Assembly (NCBI GenBank): GCA_963555985.3
Contig: OY820591.1
Location: forward strand, 1,888,001-1,952,000
Direction: 5' to 3'
Origin: Dehalococcoidia bacterium
GTDB taxonomy: Bacteria; Chloroflexota; Dehalococcoidia; Bin125
Length of the DNA: 64,000 nt
Under the pieces are notes generated by a model. The model was not told the origin of the DNA. It was given only the letters and a program-made list of their open reading frames with translations, and ran no database searches. How positions within the stretch are numbered: the stretch's first letter is position 1; each line of letters opens with the position of its first letter. The translations under genes were made by a program, and so were the position numbers. Of this stretch, positions 49,510 to 59,107 are shown piece after piece.

Positions 49510-51155
49510 TGGCCGAACTGGAGCCGTCGGAACTGCTGGCCGCGGCGCGCTCGGGCTTCGCGCAAGGCTCGGACGCGCCAACTGGAGCGATCACGGCGCG
49601 GGCGCGCGTCTGGCGTGCAGGCCGAGTCCTGAGCGAGGCCGTCGCAGCAGGAACGGACGGACTATCGGCCGCCGCCAATGCAGCAGCAGCAGCGAGAGTT
49701 ACGCTGGGCGACCAAGCGCTTGAAGCAGCCGATGCTCTCGCCATCGAGCTTGAGGCCGATCGCGAGACATGCTCGCCTCACGGCCTGAACGAACTCTTGC
49801 AAACCCCTCTGCTGGGACGGCACGGGCTGATCTTGCAGGACGGCGAGCGAATCGCCCGCGGCTGGCCCTTTGACGCCCTGCGCGAGGAAGGCCGCCTCTC
49901 CGCCTGGGTCAAGCGGCTCAACCGACAAGCCCGCCCGCCGGGCGCGCGGCTGGCCTCAAGTACCTCGGTGCAGCGCTTCACCACCGTAGAAGCGATGGGA
50001 CTGATCGAACCGCCGGACGAAGAGCGAATCGCCCCCCAAATCGGCGGATTTCGAGTCGTAGACCAAGACGAGGTGCTGCCCGACCGACTCACCGGAGCCG
50101 CACTCCAAGCGACCGCCTGGCTCCTGCGCCACCAGCGCGACGACGGATCGTTTGCCTACGAGTACTCGCCGCGCGAGCGGGCTTGGTCTCCCTTCGATCA
50201 ACTAGTGCGGCAATGCGGTTGCGCCTGGTCGCTCGCGCTGGTGGGGCGACTCACCCGCGATCGGGGCACTTTGCAGGCCGCCACCCGTGCGGTACAGGGA
50301 ATCCTCCAGCGACACCTGCGCCGCGACGGTCCGGGCCGGCTGTTCTACCTCCAAGACCTCTACGGCGAACCGAAGCTGGGCGCGATTCCGCTCCTACTCC
50401 TCGCAATCCTGGAGTTGCGCGGTGCTGCACGCTTCGAACGCGAGACGGTCGATCAGCTGACCGCCGCCCTGCTAGCCGTGCAATCCCGCGACGGCCGCTT
50501 CGGGACGACTGCGCGCGGACTGGAACTCGAAGGCTCCGAAACCTACTACGCCGGACAAGTCGCCCTAGCGCTCGCGCGAATGCACGCGCCCAGACCGCGC
50601 CCGCGCCTGCGCACGGCAGTAGAGCGCTCCCTCCGCCACTACTACGAGCGCTGGGCCGACCAGGACGAGCGCGACCTCTCCTTCACCACCTGGATGATCC
50701 AAGCCTGCGATCAGTGGCACACGCTCACAAACGACGATCTCAGCCGCCAATACGTCTACGAGATGATCGATTGGGCGCTCCAAGAACAGCACGGCTCCGA
50801 ACACGAGCATCCGCTCTGGCCGGGCGCATTCCAAAACACCCCCGGCATAGGTACCGCCGCCTACAGCGAGGGCCTCGCCTCAGCCCTCGCAATCGCCCAG
50901 CGAGCAGGCGACGAAGATCGCGCGAAACGCTATCGAGCAGCCCTACTTTCGGCCATGCGCTTCCTCCTCCAACTCACAGTAGAAGCGCCCGAGGTCGCCC
51001 TCGTAGGCGAACCAGAGCACATCGGCGCCGTTCGCAGCGCCCTCCACCGCGACAGCCTCCGCTGCGACAACGCCCAACACTTCATCATGTCAACCCTCCG
51101 CACCCGAGCCCTCTGCTGGATCGATCACGAGCCGCCGACACAAGCGTCCCGTTGA
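49509..51155 (+). CDS. Hypothetical protein: AMMECR1-like segment plus (alpha/alpha)-barrel C-terminal domain
   Basis: LGRHGLILQDG; HQRDDGSFAYEY, QSRDGRF and RCDNAQH motifs; start overlaps the upstream stop. Confidence 0.5.
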   Translation: MAELEPSELLAAARSGFAQGSDAPTGAITARARVWRAGRVLSEAVAAGTDGLSAAANAAAAARVTLGDQALEAADALAIELEADRETCSPHGLNELLQTPLLGRHGLILQDGERIARGWPFDALREEGRLSAWVKRLNRQARPPGARLASSTSVQRFTTVEAMGLIEPPDEERIAPQIGGFRVVDQDEVLPDRLTGAALQATAWLLRHQRDDGSFAYEYSPRERAWSPFDQLVRQCGCAWSLALVGRLTRDRGTLQAATRAVQGILQRHLRRDGPGRLFYLQDLYGEPKLGAIPLLLLAILELRGAARFERETVDQLTAALLAVQSRDGRFGTTARGLELEGSETYYAGQVALALARMHAPRPRPRLRTAVERSLRHYYERWADQDERDLSFTTWMIQACDQWHTLTNDDLSRQYVYEMIDWALQEQHGSEHEHPLWPGAFQNTPGIGTAAYSEGLASALAIAQRAGDEDRAKRYRAALLSAMRFLLQLTVEAPEVALVGEPEHIGAVRSALHRDSLRCDNAQHFIMSTLRTRALCWIDHEPPTQASR

Positions 51156-51337
51156 TAACGTCCCTGTTGATTCCCCTTCGATTGGGAGATGCCGAAAGCT
51201 CGCCCCTGGCCTGAACAGGGGTATCGCGCCGAGTCGAGCACAAACATCGCTACACCACACACCGGAGGCAGAAGCCGCGTTTCGAGACACGTGCCCGTGA
51301 TCAGTTGACACTATGCTGGGGCTCGAGGAGGAGGACG

Positions 51338-51646
51338 ATGGCGATCATCGATGTACTGCGCTTTCGCGGGATCATGTTGCGAGGCGGGTTTCCCGAAGCG
51401 CCCGCGGAAGAGTTTGTCACGGCCTTCGACGAGACGCTGGAGCAGGAGCTCTCGGGCCTGGCGAGTAAGGTTGATCTCGAACGCTGGAAACAAGAGATCA
51501 TCTACCAGCTGAAGTCCGAGATGCAGATGCTCATGCTGGAGCAGGAAGCGCGGCACTCGCGCGAGATGTTGCTTTGGACGGGCGTGGTGCTTGGAGGGAT
51601 CGCAGTCGCCACCGCCATCATCATCGCCGTGGTGACGCTGGCTTAG
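51338..51646 (+). CDS. DUF1640-like coiled-coil/TM protein (paralog 4)
   Basis: LASKVDL; EQEARH shared with paralog 1; C-terminal TM helix; RBS GGAGGAGG. Confidence 0.7.
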   Translation: MAIIDVLRFRGIMLRGGFPEAPAEEFVTAFDETLEQELSGLASKVDLERWKQEIIYQLKSEMQMLMLEQEARHSREMLLWTGVVLGGIAVATAIIIAVVTLA

Positions 51647-52545
51647 CCGCCTTTCACCGGGGGCCACACCTCCCGCCAGGTGGTTTCGATCGTTTGCAGG
51701 TACTCGTCTACCGGGATCGCGAGTTCGCGGTCGTAGTTAGGCATGCCGATGCCGAGGCGGGTAATACCCATGTCACGGGCGGCGCTGAGCAAACGCAGCG
51801 TGTTCGACGTGTCGGAGTCGAGCGGCGGCAGCCACTGGATCGGGAATTCGTCGGGGTCGCGGTCGTTGGCCTCGAGCTGCACGCGCAGGCGGCCAATCAG
51901 ATCCGCGAGCTGGTCCAGGTTGGACTGAACGGGCGCGATCCAGCCGTCGCCGAAACGGGCCGTGCGCTCGATCGCGGCCTGAGCAAAGCCGCCGAAGAGG
52001 ATCGGTGGGCCGCCGGGAGTGACCGGCTTGGGCATGACTGACATCTGGTCGATGTTGACGTAGCGACCGCTGAAGCTGATTGGTTCCTCGGTCCAGCAGG
52101 CGCGCAGGACGCGAATGTACTCCTCCATCCGGCTCGGGCGCTGGCGGAAGTTGGCGGAAAGCGCCTCGAACTCCTGCCACTGCCAACCAACCCCGATCCC
52201 CAGCCGCATCCGACCGCCAGAGAGGATGTCGATCTCCGCCGCCTGTTTGGCCACCAGCACCGGCTCGCGCTGGGGCAGGACGAGCACGTTGGTCTGGAGC
52301 GCCACGCGGTTCGTGATCCCCGCCAGCCAGGCCAGCGTGGTCAGCACCTCATGCTGATGCACGTCGTCCGTATACGGACCCGTCTGCGGGCGATCCTCAC
52401 GCGCATAGGCGTAGATCACGTGATCCGCCATCGAGATAAAGTCGCAGCCAATCGCCTCCACCCCTTGCGCCCAGTCCCGCAACTCGGAGACATCCCAATG
52501 CCAATGCCAGGCCGGAATCTGGCAGCCGAATTCAAACTGTGTCAT
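51643..52545 (-). CDS. LLM-class (probably F420-dependent) oxidoreductase
   Basis: MADHV, NVLVLPQREPVLVAKQAA, SGGRMRLGIGVGW. Confidence 0.88.
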   Translation of the reverse strand: MTQFEFGCQIPAWHWHWDVSELRDWAQGVEAIGCDFISMADHVIYAYAREDRPQTGPYTDDVHQHEVLTTLAWLAGITNRVALQTNVLVLPQREPVLVAKQAAEIDILSGGRMRLGIGVGWQWQEFEALSANFRQRPSRMEEYIRVLRACWTEEPISFSGRYVNIDQMSVMPKPVTPGGPPILFGGFAQAAIERTARFGDGWIAPVQSNLDQLADLIGRLRVQLEANDRDPDEFPIQWLPPLDSDTSNTLRLLSAARDMGITRLGIGMPNYDRELAIPVDEYLQTIETTWREVWPPVKGG

Positions 52546-52681
52546 GAGAGCCTCCTCCTGCTCATCGGCGTTTCGCTGACGTGTATCCTACGCGCAGCAC
52601 AGCGCAATGGGGCCGCGATCGACCCCGGCGTCTAGGGAGCGGAGACCGGCGTTGGACGAACGTCATGCAGGCGAAGAAGGC

Positions 52682-52897
52682 GTGATCCGCAGCGACATCG
52701 CGGATGTGATCGACCGCGCCGCGGCGATGGCCGTCTACGCCTATCACGCGGTGCGCCGCGCAGGCGAGATCGAGCAAGCATCAAGCGGCAAACCGCCCCT
52801 CACGCTGGCCGAGCATCTCGCCGAGGCCACCTACGTCGATGTCCTGCGCTACTCCCTCGACGAGTGCAACTGCCCCTGCCACCAGGACCACAACTAG
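52682..52897 (+). CDS. Small hypothetical protein with a C-terminal CxCxCH motif
   Basis: GTG after GAAGG; coding-like composition. Confidence 0.4.
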   Translation: MIRSDIADVIDRAAAMAVYAYHAVRRAGEIEQASSGKPPLTLAEHLAEATYVDVLRYSLDECNCPCHQDHN

Positions 52898-52935
52898 CGC
52901 ACAGGCCGCCGGTCGGCGGCAGAAGGGAACCGTTG

Positions 52936-53571
52936 ATGACCACCGCCACTTCCGAATCCGTAGTCACGCCCGACCGCTTCAAGAGCGGCATGACCTGGAA
53001 TCAGTACCTCGCCTACATCCAGAGCGAAGAGAACCAGGCCCGCCTCACCCCCGGCGGCACGCCGCGCGGCGACGCCAACGTCGAGCGCTTCGTGCGCAAC
53101 ATGGGCGCCTGGCAAATCTCGGACGACGCGCGCGAGGCGCTGCACGAGCTGCCCCGCCTGAAGATGCTGGTGCTGGGTGAGGACTGGTGCCCGGACGTCT
53201 ACCGCGGCCTGCCCGTGCTCGCCGAAATCGCCGCCACCGCCGGCTGGGAACTGCGCATCTTCGCCCGCGATGAGAACAACGACATCATGTCCGAGTTCCT
53301 CAAGGAGGGCCTCCACGAGTCGATCCCGACAGCAGTGCTCTACACACCCGAGCATGAATACGTGGGCCACTGGATCGAGCGCCCGGCCGTCGCCAACGAG
53401 CACATGGCCAACATGCAGAAGCTCTTCAGCCGCAACGAGGGCGAGTCCGAAGACGAGCACCGCGCCCGCATCCGCGACGGCTACCGCAACCTCCAAAGCT
53501 CCGACGAGTGGGCCTCCTGGCGAGACGCCACCGTCGACGAGGTCATCGAACTGGCCCGGCCGACCTCGTAA
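52936..53571 (+). CDS. Thioredoxin-family protein (Thioredoxin_9-like)
   Basis: EDWCPD, RD.N.D, SIP, WIERP. Confidence 0.8.
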   Translation: MTTATSESVVTPDRFKSGMTWNQYLAYIQSEENQARLTPGGTPRGDANVERFVRNMGAWQISDDAREALHELPRLKMLVLGEDWCPDVYRGLPVLAEIAATAGWELRIFARDENNDIMSEFLKEGLHESIPTAVLYTPEHEYVGHWIERPAVANEHMANMQKLFSRNEGESEDEHRARIRDGYRNLQSSDEWASWRDATVDEVIELARPTS

Positions 53572-53588
53572 AGAACCGCTGCTACAAA

Positions 53589-53636
53589 CTCTCTCCCCAC
53601 GCTGCGGAGGGAGACGGCCCGCAGAGACAGAAGGGG
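53589..53636. repeat. Degenerate REP-like family B element
   Basis: CTCTCTCCCC...GGAGGGAGACGG...GACAGAAGGGG between convergent genes. Confidence 0.55.
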
Positions 53637-53670
53637 TCTGCGAGACCCCCTCTGGGAATGTGAGCAGGCC

Positions 53671-54345
53671 CTAGCGGATCGGACCAAAGGGTCCTCGCCG
53701 TACCGGTGGGGCCGGCTCTGTCTTGCTGGGAGCTTGTTCGGCCCCATCCGTCTCGTCAATCCCCAGCTCCCGCATCGCCCGCCAGGTCAGCGCCCAGCGC
53801 TGGAGCGCCGTCAGATTCGTCAGAATCGCCAACAGCCACAGAATCGGAATGATCTGACCCGACAACAAACCAATCACCACGATCAGCGTCCGCTCAAGCC
53901 GCGTCCCCAGACCGGAACGAATCCTGACCCCGAACTCCCCCGCCTTTGAGCGCGTGTAGCTCACCAACAGAGAGCCGAACAGCGTGAGGCCGATCAGCAG
54001 GATCGCCTCGCGATCGAAGCGGTCCACGGCGGAGTACCAGACGAGCAGACCGAAGAGGATGCCGAAATCAGCGAGGCGATCGGAGACCGCGTCGAAGACC
54101 GCGCCCCAATTCGTCGCGCGACCGCTCGCCCGCGCCACCGCCCCGTCAAGCAGATCGAAGAAGCTCGCCGCAATCACCACCACCCCGGCCTGCCAGAAGC
54201 GCCCGTACGCCGCCAGCGTCGACGCCCCGCCCATCCCCAGCAGGCCGATCACGGTGAGCGCGTTTGGAGAGAGTCCGGTCCGCGCGACCGCTCGCCCGAG
54301 GCGGTCGGAAATGTCGGCTGAGAGCGTGTGCGGAAGCAGCGACAC
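53671..54345 (-). CDS. CDP-alcohol phosphatidyltransferase (PI/PIP-synthase-like)
   Basis: SPNALT, DLLDGAVAR...GAVFDAVSDR, SYTRSKA; same cluster as ino1. Confidence 0.85.
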   Translation of the reverse strand: MSLLPHTLSADISDRLGRAVARTGLSPNALTVIGLLGMGGASTLAAYGRFWQAGVVVIAASFFDLLDGAVARASGRATNWGAVFDAVSDRLADFGILFGLLVWYSAVDRFDREAILLIGLTLFGSLLVSYTRSKAGEFGVRIRSGLGTRLERTLIVVIGLLSGQIIPILWLLAILTNLTALQRWALTWRAMRELGIDETDGAEQAPSKTEPAPPVRRGPFGPIR

Positions 54346-54414
54346 GAGTGCGCACTTCACCAGGATCGAGCGGAAGGATCAAGGCTCAACTCTACCGCGC
54401 GAGCGGGGAGTGAG

Positions 54415-55638
54415 TCACTGGAGCAGCCGGTAGCCGATATAGGCGATGAAGGGCACAGCGATCACGGCGACGACGATGGCCATGATCAAGCCGATGTTCA
54501 ACCGTTCCCAAAATGGCGGCGTCTCCGACTCGATATAGGGCCAGGTGAGCAAGAGCGCACGTTCGGCGTTCTGCGTGAATTCCGCAATGAATTGCTCACG
54601 GTCGTAGCCGTAGACGGTCTCGAGCGCGCGATAGAAGTCGACGCCGTCTCCGACCTGGCTGAACAGTTCAATCAGAGCGGGCGGGCCCCAGTCCTGGAGC
54701 ATCCAGGAGAGCATCCCGCCGGATTGGCCGAGGTAGAGCGCCTGAAACTGCCAGGTGGTCGGGAACGTCTCCAGTTCTTCGAAGCTGTAGTAGTCCTCGT
54801 GATCGAGAATCACGACAGACCCGGCGCGGCGCAGGTAAAAGCCGTTCATCGGGCCTTGCGACCACAGTCCCAAAGCGACTCGGATCCACATCGGAACAGC
54901 TGCGGCGTTCGGCTGCGCCGCCGCATCGATCACCGCACCGGTGACTGCGTCGCGGACGGAGCCGCCGGTGTCGCGGAAGATGTAGATGATGCGCTCGCCG
55001 TGTCTCTGGGCGACGGTCATTCTCGGGATCGGAGGCGGTTGACCGCCGAAGAGCGCGGCCGGAATACCGCCCGCAGCAGCAGTGGAGCTTGGCCAGACGA
55101 TCAGCGAGACTGGCTGTTCGACTGAGGTCTCCAGCAAGTCGCCAACGAGCTCGATCGCACCTGCCCCGTGGTCGACCAGTTGCTCCGCCTGGAGGTCGCT
55201 GCCCGGTCGCCAGACGGCAATGCCATCGTGCACTGCATAGCCCCAGTCGAAGCGCGGATCGAGGTAGCGCCAGTTGCCCGGAGGCGTGGGCTGTCCGTCG
55301 ATGATCCAGAGATACTCGAGCTCAGCGCCCACCGGCAACCAGTCCCAGACGGCGGTCGGCTCGGCGGTCAGAATGCGGGCGCTGAGCTGGGCGCCGTCGA
55401 GGTTGGCATTGACGATCGTTGGTTCGCCCGCGGGCAGCAGTCGAAGCTGGAGGGCCGCGTCGGTTATGTCGGCGCTTGGCGCTTCGGCCCGGAGTTCAAT
55501 GACTTCGGGGAATCCGTCGAGGATGAACTCAGTCGGAAGCGGCGAGGCCTGCGCGCGGAGGACACCGACAGCGGCGCCGGCCAGTACGCAGGCGCTGAGC
55601 ATTGCCGCGACCAGAGCAAAGAAGCGAGGGCGGGTCAT
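54415..55638 (-). CDS. Secreted, membrane-anchored peptidase-MA-like protein lacking HExxH
   Basis: Signal peptide, YLDPRFDW, VPMW, C-terminal TM helix. Confidence 0.45.
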   Translation of the reverse strand: MTRPRFFALVAAMLSACVLAGAAVGVLRAQASPLPTEFILDGFPEVIELRAEAPSADITDAALQLRLLPAGEPTIVNANLDGAQLSARILTAEPTAVWDWLPVGAELEYLWIIDGQPTPPGNWRYLDPRFDWGYAVHDGIAVWRPGSDLQAEQLVDHGAGAIELVGDLLETSVEQPVSLIVWPSSTAAAGGIPAALFGGQPPPIPRMTVAQRHGERIIYIFRDTGGSVRDAVTGAVIDAAAQPNAAAVPMWIRVALGLWSQGPMNGFYLRRAGSVVILDHEDYYSFEELETFPTTWQFQALYLGQSGGMLSWMLQDWGPPALIELFSQVGDGVDFYRALETVYGYDREQFIAEFTQNAERALLLTWPYIESETPPFWERLNIGLIMAIVVAVIAVPFIAYIGYRLLQ

Positions 55639-56714
55639 ACGCAAAGTCTATGCGCGGATCGAGCGCGTACTAGCCGCCGGTACAGCGTCAGGTATTGGTT
55701 GGCGGCGGGGCGGATGTCGAAGCGTCTCGCAGCGGCCCTGCCGCGCGCGGCGAGGGCAGCGCGGCGCGGTTGATCATCCAGCAGAGCAGTCAAGGCGCCG
55801 GCGAGCGCTCCTGCGCTGCCGGCGGGCACGAGTTGGGCGGCAGCGCCGTCTCTCGATGCGATTCGATAGCCCGGAATGTCCGAGGCGACAACCGGGACGC
55901 CCGCCGCCATTGCCTCAACCAGCACGAGTCCGAGCGCTTCGCCGCTGAGGGCGGGGAAGACCGCGCAGCTCGCGGTCGCTAACCAGCGTGGCAGTTCGGC
56001 GTGCGGTACCTGACCGAGGAAGGAGACTCGCTCGAATACGCCGATCGCGCGGGCGTGGCGGAGAGTGTCCTGGCGGACGGGTCCGGCGACCGTGAGCCGA
56101 ACCTGAGCGGGCATTTGCGCGATCGCGCCGAGCAGCAAGGGCAGCCCCTTGCGCGGATCGTCGCGGCCGACGAAGAGGATCGTTGGCGGCTCGGTCGGTT
56201 GCGCGGTGACGTTGATGAAGGGACTGAGCTCTATGCCTGGAGGGATGATCGCCACCGGCCGGGGGAGTCCGGCGGCGGCTGTATCGAGCGTGACCCGGGT
56301 CGCGCAGACGACTGCATCCGCTCGTGCGAGCAGGCGACGGGTCAACGGCGCGCCGCGCCGATAGAGCTGCGCGGCCGCTTGCTCGGCGGAGTGCAGCGTG
56401 ACCACCGTCGGGGGTTTGCCCGGATGGAGCAGCGCCAGCGGCCCGAGCAGGGGGAGCAACGGTTCTTGAATGTGCAGGATGTCGAGCGGCTGCTCGAGCA
56501 ACCGGCGCAGCCGAAGCAGGTCGGCCGGGTGCAGGGCAAGATCGGCGCGAGTCTCTCCAAGCCGCACGCGAAGCGGACGAGCGGGCGCGAAGATCGTCGA
56601 ATCGTGCCCCAGGCGGCGGAGCTGCCGGTCGAGAGCAAGCAGGTGCGTTTGCACGCCGCCCGGCTGGTTTGGGTCATAGGGCAGGATGTGAGCAATGCGC
56701 ACAGCGGAGTTCAC
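55635..56714 (-). CDS. GT4 glycosyltransferase, PimA-like
   Basis: PYD...PGGVQTH, LHIQEP, FVGRDDPRKG, GEALGLVLVEAMAAG. Confidence 0.85.
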   Translation of the reverse strand: MNSAVRIAHILPYDPNQPGGVQTHLLALDRQLRRLGHDSTIFAPARPLRVRLGETRADLALHPADLLRLRRLLEQPLDILHIQEPLLPLLGPLALLHPGKPPTVVTLHSAEQAAAQLYRRGAPLTRRLLARADAVVCATRVTLDTAAAGLPRPVAIIPPGIELSPFINVTAQPTEPPTILFVGRDDPRKGLPLLLGAIAQMPAQVRLTVAGPVRQDTLRHARAIGVFERVSFLGQVPHAELPRWLATASCAVFPALSGEALGLVLVEAMAAGVPVVASDIPGYRIASRDGAAAQLVPAGSAGALAGALTALLDDQPRRAALAARGRAAARRFDIRPAANQYLTLYRRLVRARSAHRLCV

Positions 56715-56917
56715 TCAAGTGGCTCTGGTGGGATTGCGATGTGAGGAGCGAGTCGGTATGTCCCGCGCCCGGAGCCCGGAATGACCCGGCCGTCGCGTCT
56801 CAGTTCCGCCAATGCGTTGCGGACTACTCGCGGGAGGTCGTCTGCCGGCACAGTGAAGTCCGAGACAAGCGCACCCAGCAAGTCCCATACCGTCACGTTG
56901 GCGCTCGTTGAGGTCAT
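56711..56917 (-). CDS. Small wHTH-like ORF, possibly a remnant
   Basis: VRNALAELRRDGRV....RGTYRL; follows the MTase and overlaps the GT4 start. Confidence 0.4.
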   Translation of the reverse strand: MTSTSANVTVWDLLGALVSDFTVPADDLPRVVRNALAELRRDGRVIPGSGRGTYRLAPHIAIPPEPLE

Positions 56918-56921
56918 TGTG

Positions 56922-57836
56922 TTAGAGCCTCGACAACGCAGGAATCGCCTCGCAAGCGAGCCGCCAAAACTCAGGATCGATTTCTGTTCCGACGCCTTCG
57001 ACTCCGAGCGCCTCAGCTGCGGCGAGTGTTGTGGCGCAGCCCGCGAACGGGTCTAGCACAACACCCGTCCCCATCGGCAGCGAGGCCCGGATCAGACGCC
57101 GCAGAAAGTCTTGCGGCTTGGCGGTGGGGTGCGCAGCAACAGCTCGCTCCGAGGCGGGCGTCTTGCCGCTCTCAATCACATCGAGGAACGGGGTCTCCTC
57201 CGACAAGCGGCGCAGGCCGCCAACCTCCCAGCGGCGCAGGTTCGCCGCTACGGTCGATTCCGAGAGCGGCCGCCGATACAGGCCCCACGGCTCCCAACAC
57301 GAACGCGGCATCGTACTCAGATCGGGGAATTCGTCATGTGCGCCCTTCGGCCGGTCGCCGCCGCGCAGCGTGCGCACGAGCCGCACGATCTCGCCTCGCC
57401 GCTCAAATCCGGCTGCTTCCATCGCAGCGGCGACAATCGGAGACATCAGCGGATTGCTCGCAACGAACACGTGCCCGCCGGGTCGGAGCACCGGATAGAG
57501 CAACTCTGCCCACTCCTGGAAGAAGGCGCGCAGATTGGAGCGGTCGGTCGCGGAGTGGACGGTAAAGCGGGGAACGGGCCGCCGTTGCGCGCCGTCGAAC
57601 GCCGGCGGCAGTCTCCAGACGCCGCCGCGGCCATTGAGCATCTTCGCCACCTGGGCGGCCTGGTACTCGTGCAAGCCGTAGGGCGGGTCGGTGATGACGG
57701 CGTGAACGCTGTTGGGTGGAGCATCGCGTAACCAAGCGCGGCAATCCGTCAGGTGCAGAGTCTGGCGTCCATAGCGGAATGGCGATGGAGCTTCGGCCAG
57801 CTCGGGCAGCGGCGCTTGTTTCTCGACGCCTCGCAT
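56922..57836 (-). CDS. Beta-class N6-adenine DNA methyltransferase (orphan)
   Basis: TDPPYG, HPTAKP, DPFAGCATT; TATAAT at 57867-57872 on the minus strand. Confidence 0.88.
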   Translation of the reverse strand: MRGVEKQAPLPELAEAPSPFRYGRQTLHLTDCRAWLRDAPPNSVHAVITDPPYGLHEYQAAQVAKMLNGRGGVWRLPPAFDGAQRRPVPRFTVHSATDRSNLRAFFQEWAELLYPVLRPGGHVFVASNPLMSPIVAAAMEAAGFERRGEIVRLVRTLRGGDRPKGAHDEFPDLSTMPRSCWEPWGLYRRPLSESTVAANLRRWEVGGLRRLSEETPFLDVIESGKTPASERAVAAHPTAKPQDFLRRLIRASLPMGTGVVLDPFAGCATTLAAAEALGVEGVGTEIDPEFWRLACEAIPALSRL

Positions 57837-57930
57837 GTCGCGCTCCTCTATCTAGAACTAATCATCATTATATAACTCATGCGGCCGCGCCGCAGCGCCC
57901 AGCGAGAGCGCAACTTCTTTGCCGCCATAA

Positions 57931-58207
57931 GAGACCGATGCATATCACTCCTGAATTGCCGCATTTCCGCCATTCCGACTCAATGAGGCATCCAGTGTCG
58001 AGCAGATACGGAGACTGGATTCCCGCGTTCGGAGACATTTGCAAGATTCCCGATCTGAGCGTTTCGTCATTCTTGCGAACGCGAGAATCTACGTCCCACC
58101 CGATACGCCGCATGGATTCCCGCCTGCGCGGGAATGACGGAAATGGGGATTTTGCAAAGGCCTGCGTTCGCGGGAATGACGGTGGAGGGAGTTATGCATC
58201 AAGTCTC
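57931..58207. mobile_element. Nested MITE-like elements (outer 57931-58207, inner 58032-58164)
   Basis: Outer TIRs GAGACCGATGCATA / TATGCATCAAGTCTC with CATAA duplication; inner GAGACATTTGCAA / TTGCAAAGGCCTG with CGTTCG duplication. Confidence 0.75.
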
Positions 58208-58374
58208 CATAAGCGGACATCCGATTGCCTGTGCGAGCCTGTCCGGAGACTGGCAGCGATGGCGAACGCCGGCTCTTGCTCACGGCGATCTGTTGATGTT
58301 TCGTGAACGAATGGTTAACGTCTGGTTAGCGCGAGCCGGTCGGTTGAACGCGGCTCGCAAGAGGGGAGCGGCGC

Positions 58375-59007
58375 ATGACCTTGTCCAACTTCTCCATTTG
58401 CGAACAGCTGCTGCTGCTTGGCCTCAGCGAAGACGGAGCGCTTGACCAGTTGCGCCAAGCGCGGTTGGACTATGCCATCGCGGGCGCATCGCTAATCGAC
58501 CTCTCTTTCGCCGGGCGGATTGACACCGATCTCGAGCATCTGCACGTGACCAGCGACGCGCCGACCGGAGACTCGCTGCTGGACGAGGTGCTCAACCGGA
58601 TTGCGAGCGGCTCGGCGAGGCAATCCACGCTCCACTGGATTGTGCAGATTGGCGCGTACGCCCACGATCTGCGCGAAGCCCGGCTGAGACACCTACGAGC
58701 GCGGACTGTCGTTCGGGAACGAGGCGGACGCCGGCAGATCGAGTTCCGCTGGTCACGAGAGGCGAAGCTCGACCCAAGCGTCGTTGCGGGGATCCGCGAG
58801 CATGTGTTTGGGTTGCTTCGAGGCAACGAGATTCCCGATCCTGAAGACGCGGCGCTGATCAGTCTGGCGCGCGCTAGCGGATTGCTCGACGTCCTGCTCT
58901 CACAAACGGAACGCGAGCAAGTCGAACCACGCCTCCTCACGCTGGCGAAGCTCGATCTGATCGGCCGCCAAGTCAACCACATGCTCGATGAAGCCCTGGC
59001 GAGCTGA
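58375..59007 (+). CDS. GPP34 (GOLPH3/Vps74-like) family protein
   Basis: EQLLLLGL, GASLIDLSFAGRIDTD, PTGDSLLDEVL, PDPEDAALISL; similar to the N-terminus of the P450 fusion. Confidence 0.8.
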   Translation: MTLSNFSICEQLLLLGLSEDGALDQLRQARLDYAIAGASLIDLSFAGRIDTDLEHLHVTSDAPTGDSLLDEVLNRIASGSARQSTLHWIVQIGAYAHDLREARLRHLRARTVVRERGGRRQIEFRWSREAKLDPSVVAGIREHVFGLLRGNEIPDPEDAALISLARASGLLDVLLSQTEREQVEPRLLTLAKLDLIGRQVNHMLDEALAS

Positions 59008-59107
59008 CAGAGGCTCTTGCACCAGGCTCCACCCCACCATACCCGCGCTCGCCACGGGCGGCTTGCCATGATCGACGCCGAGGTCAACTGGTCGCCGCAG
59101 ACGGTGT

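Noticed and set aside
58290-58330. Shared regulatory motif upstream of the two GPP34 genes (GTTGAT...TT.CG, compare 25877-25895)
   Set aside because: The match is too short and gapped to separate from chance.
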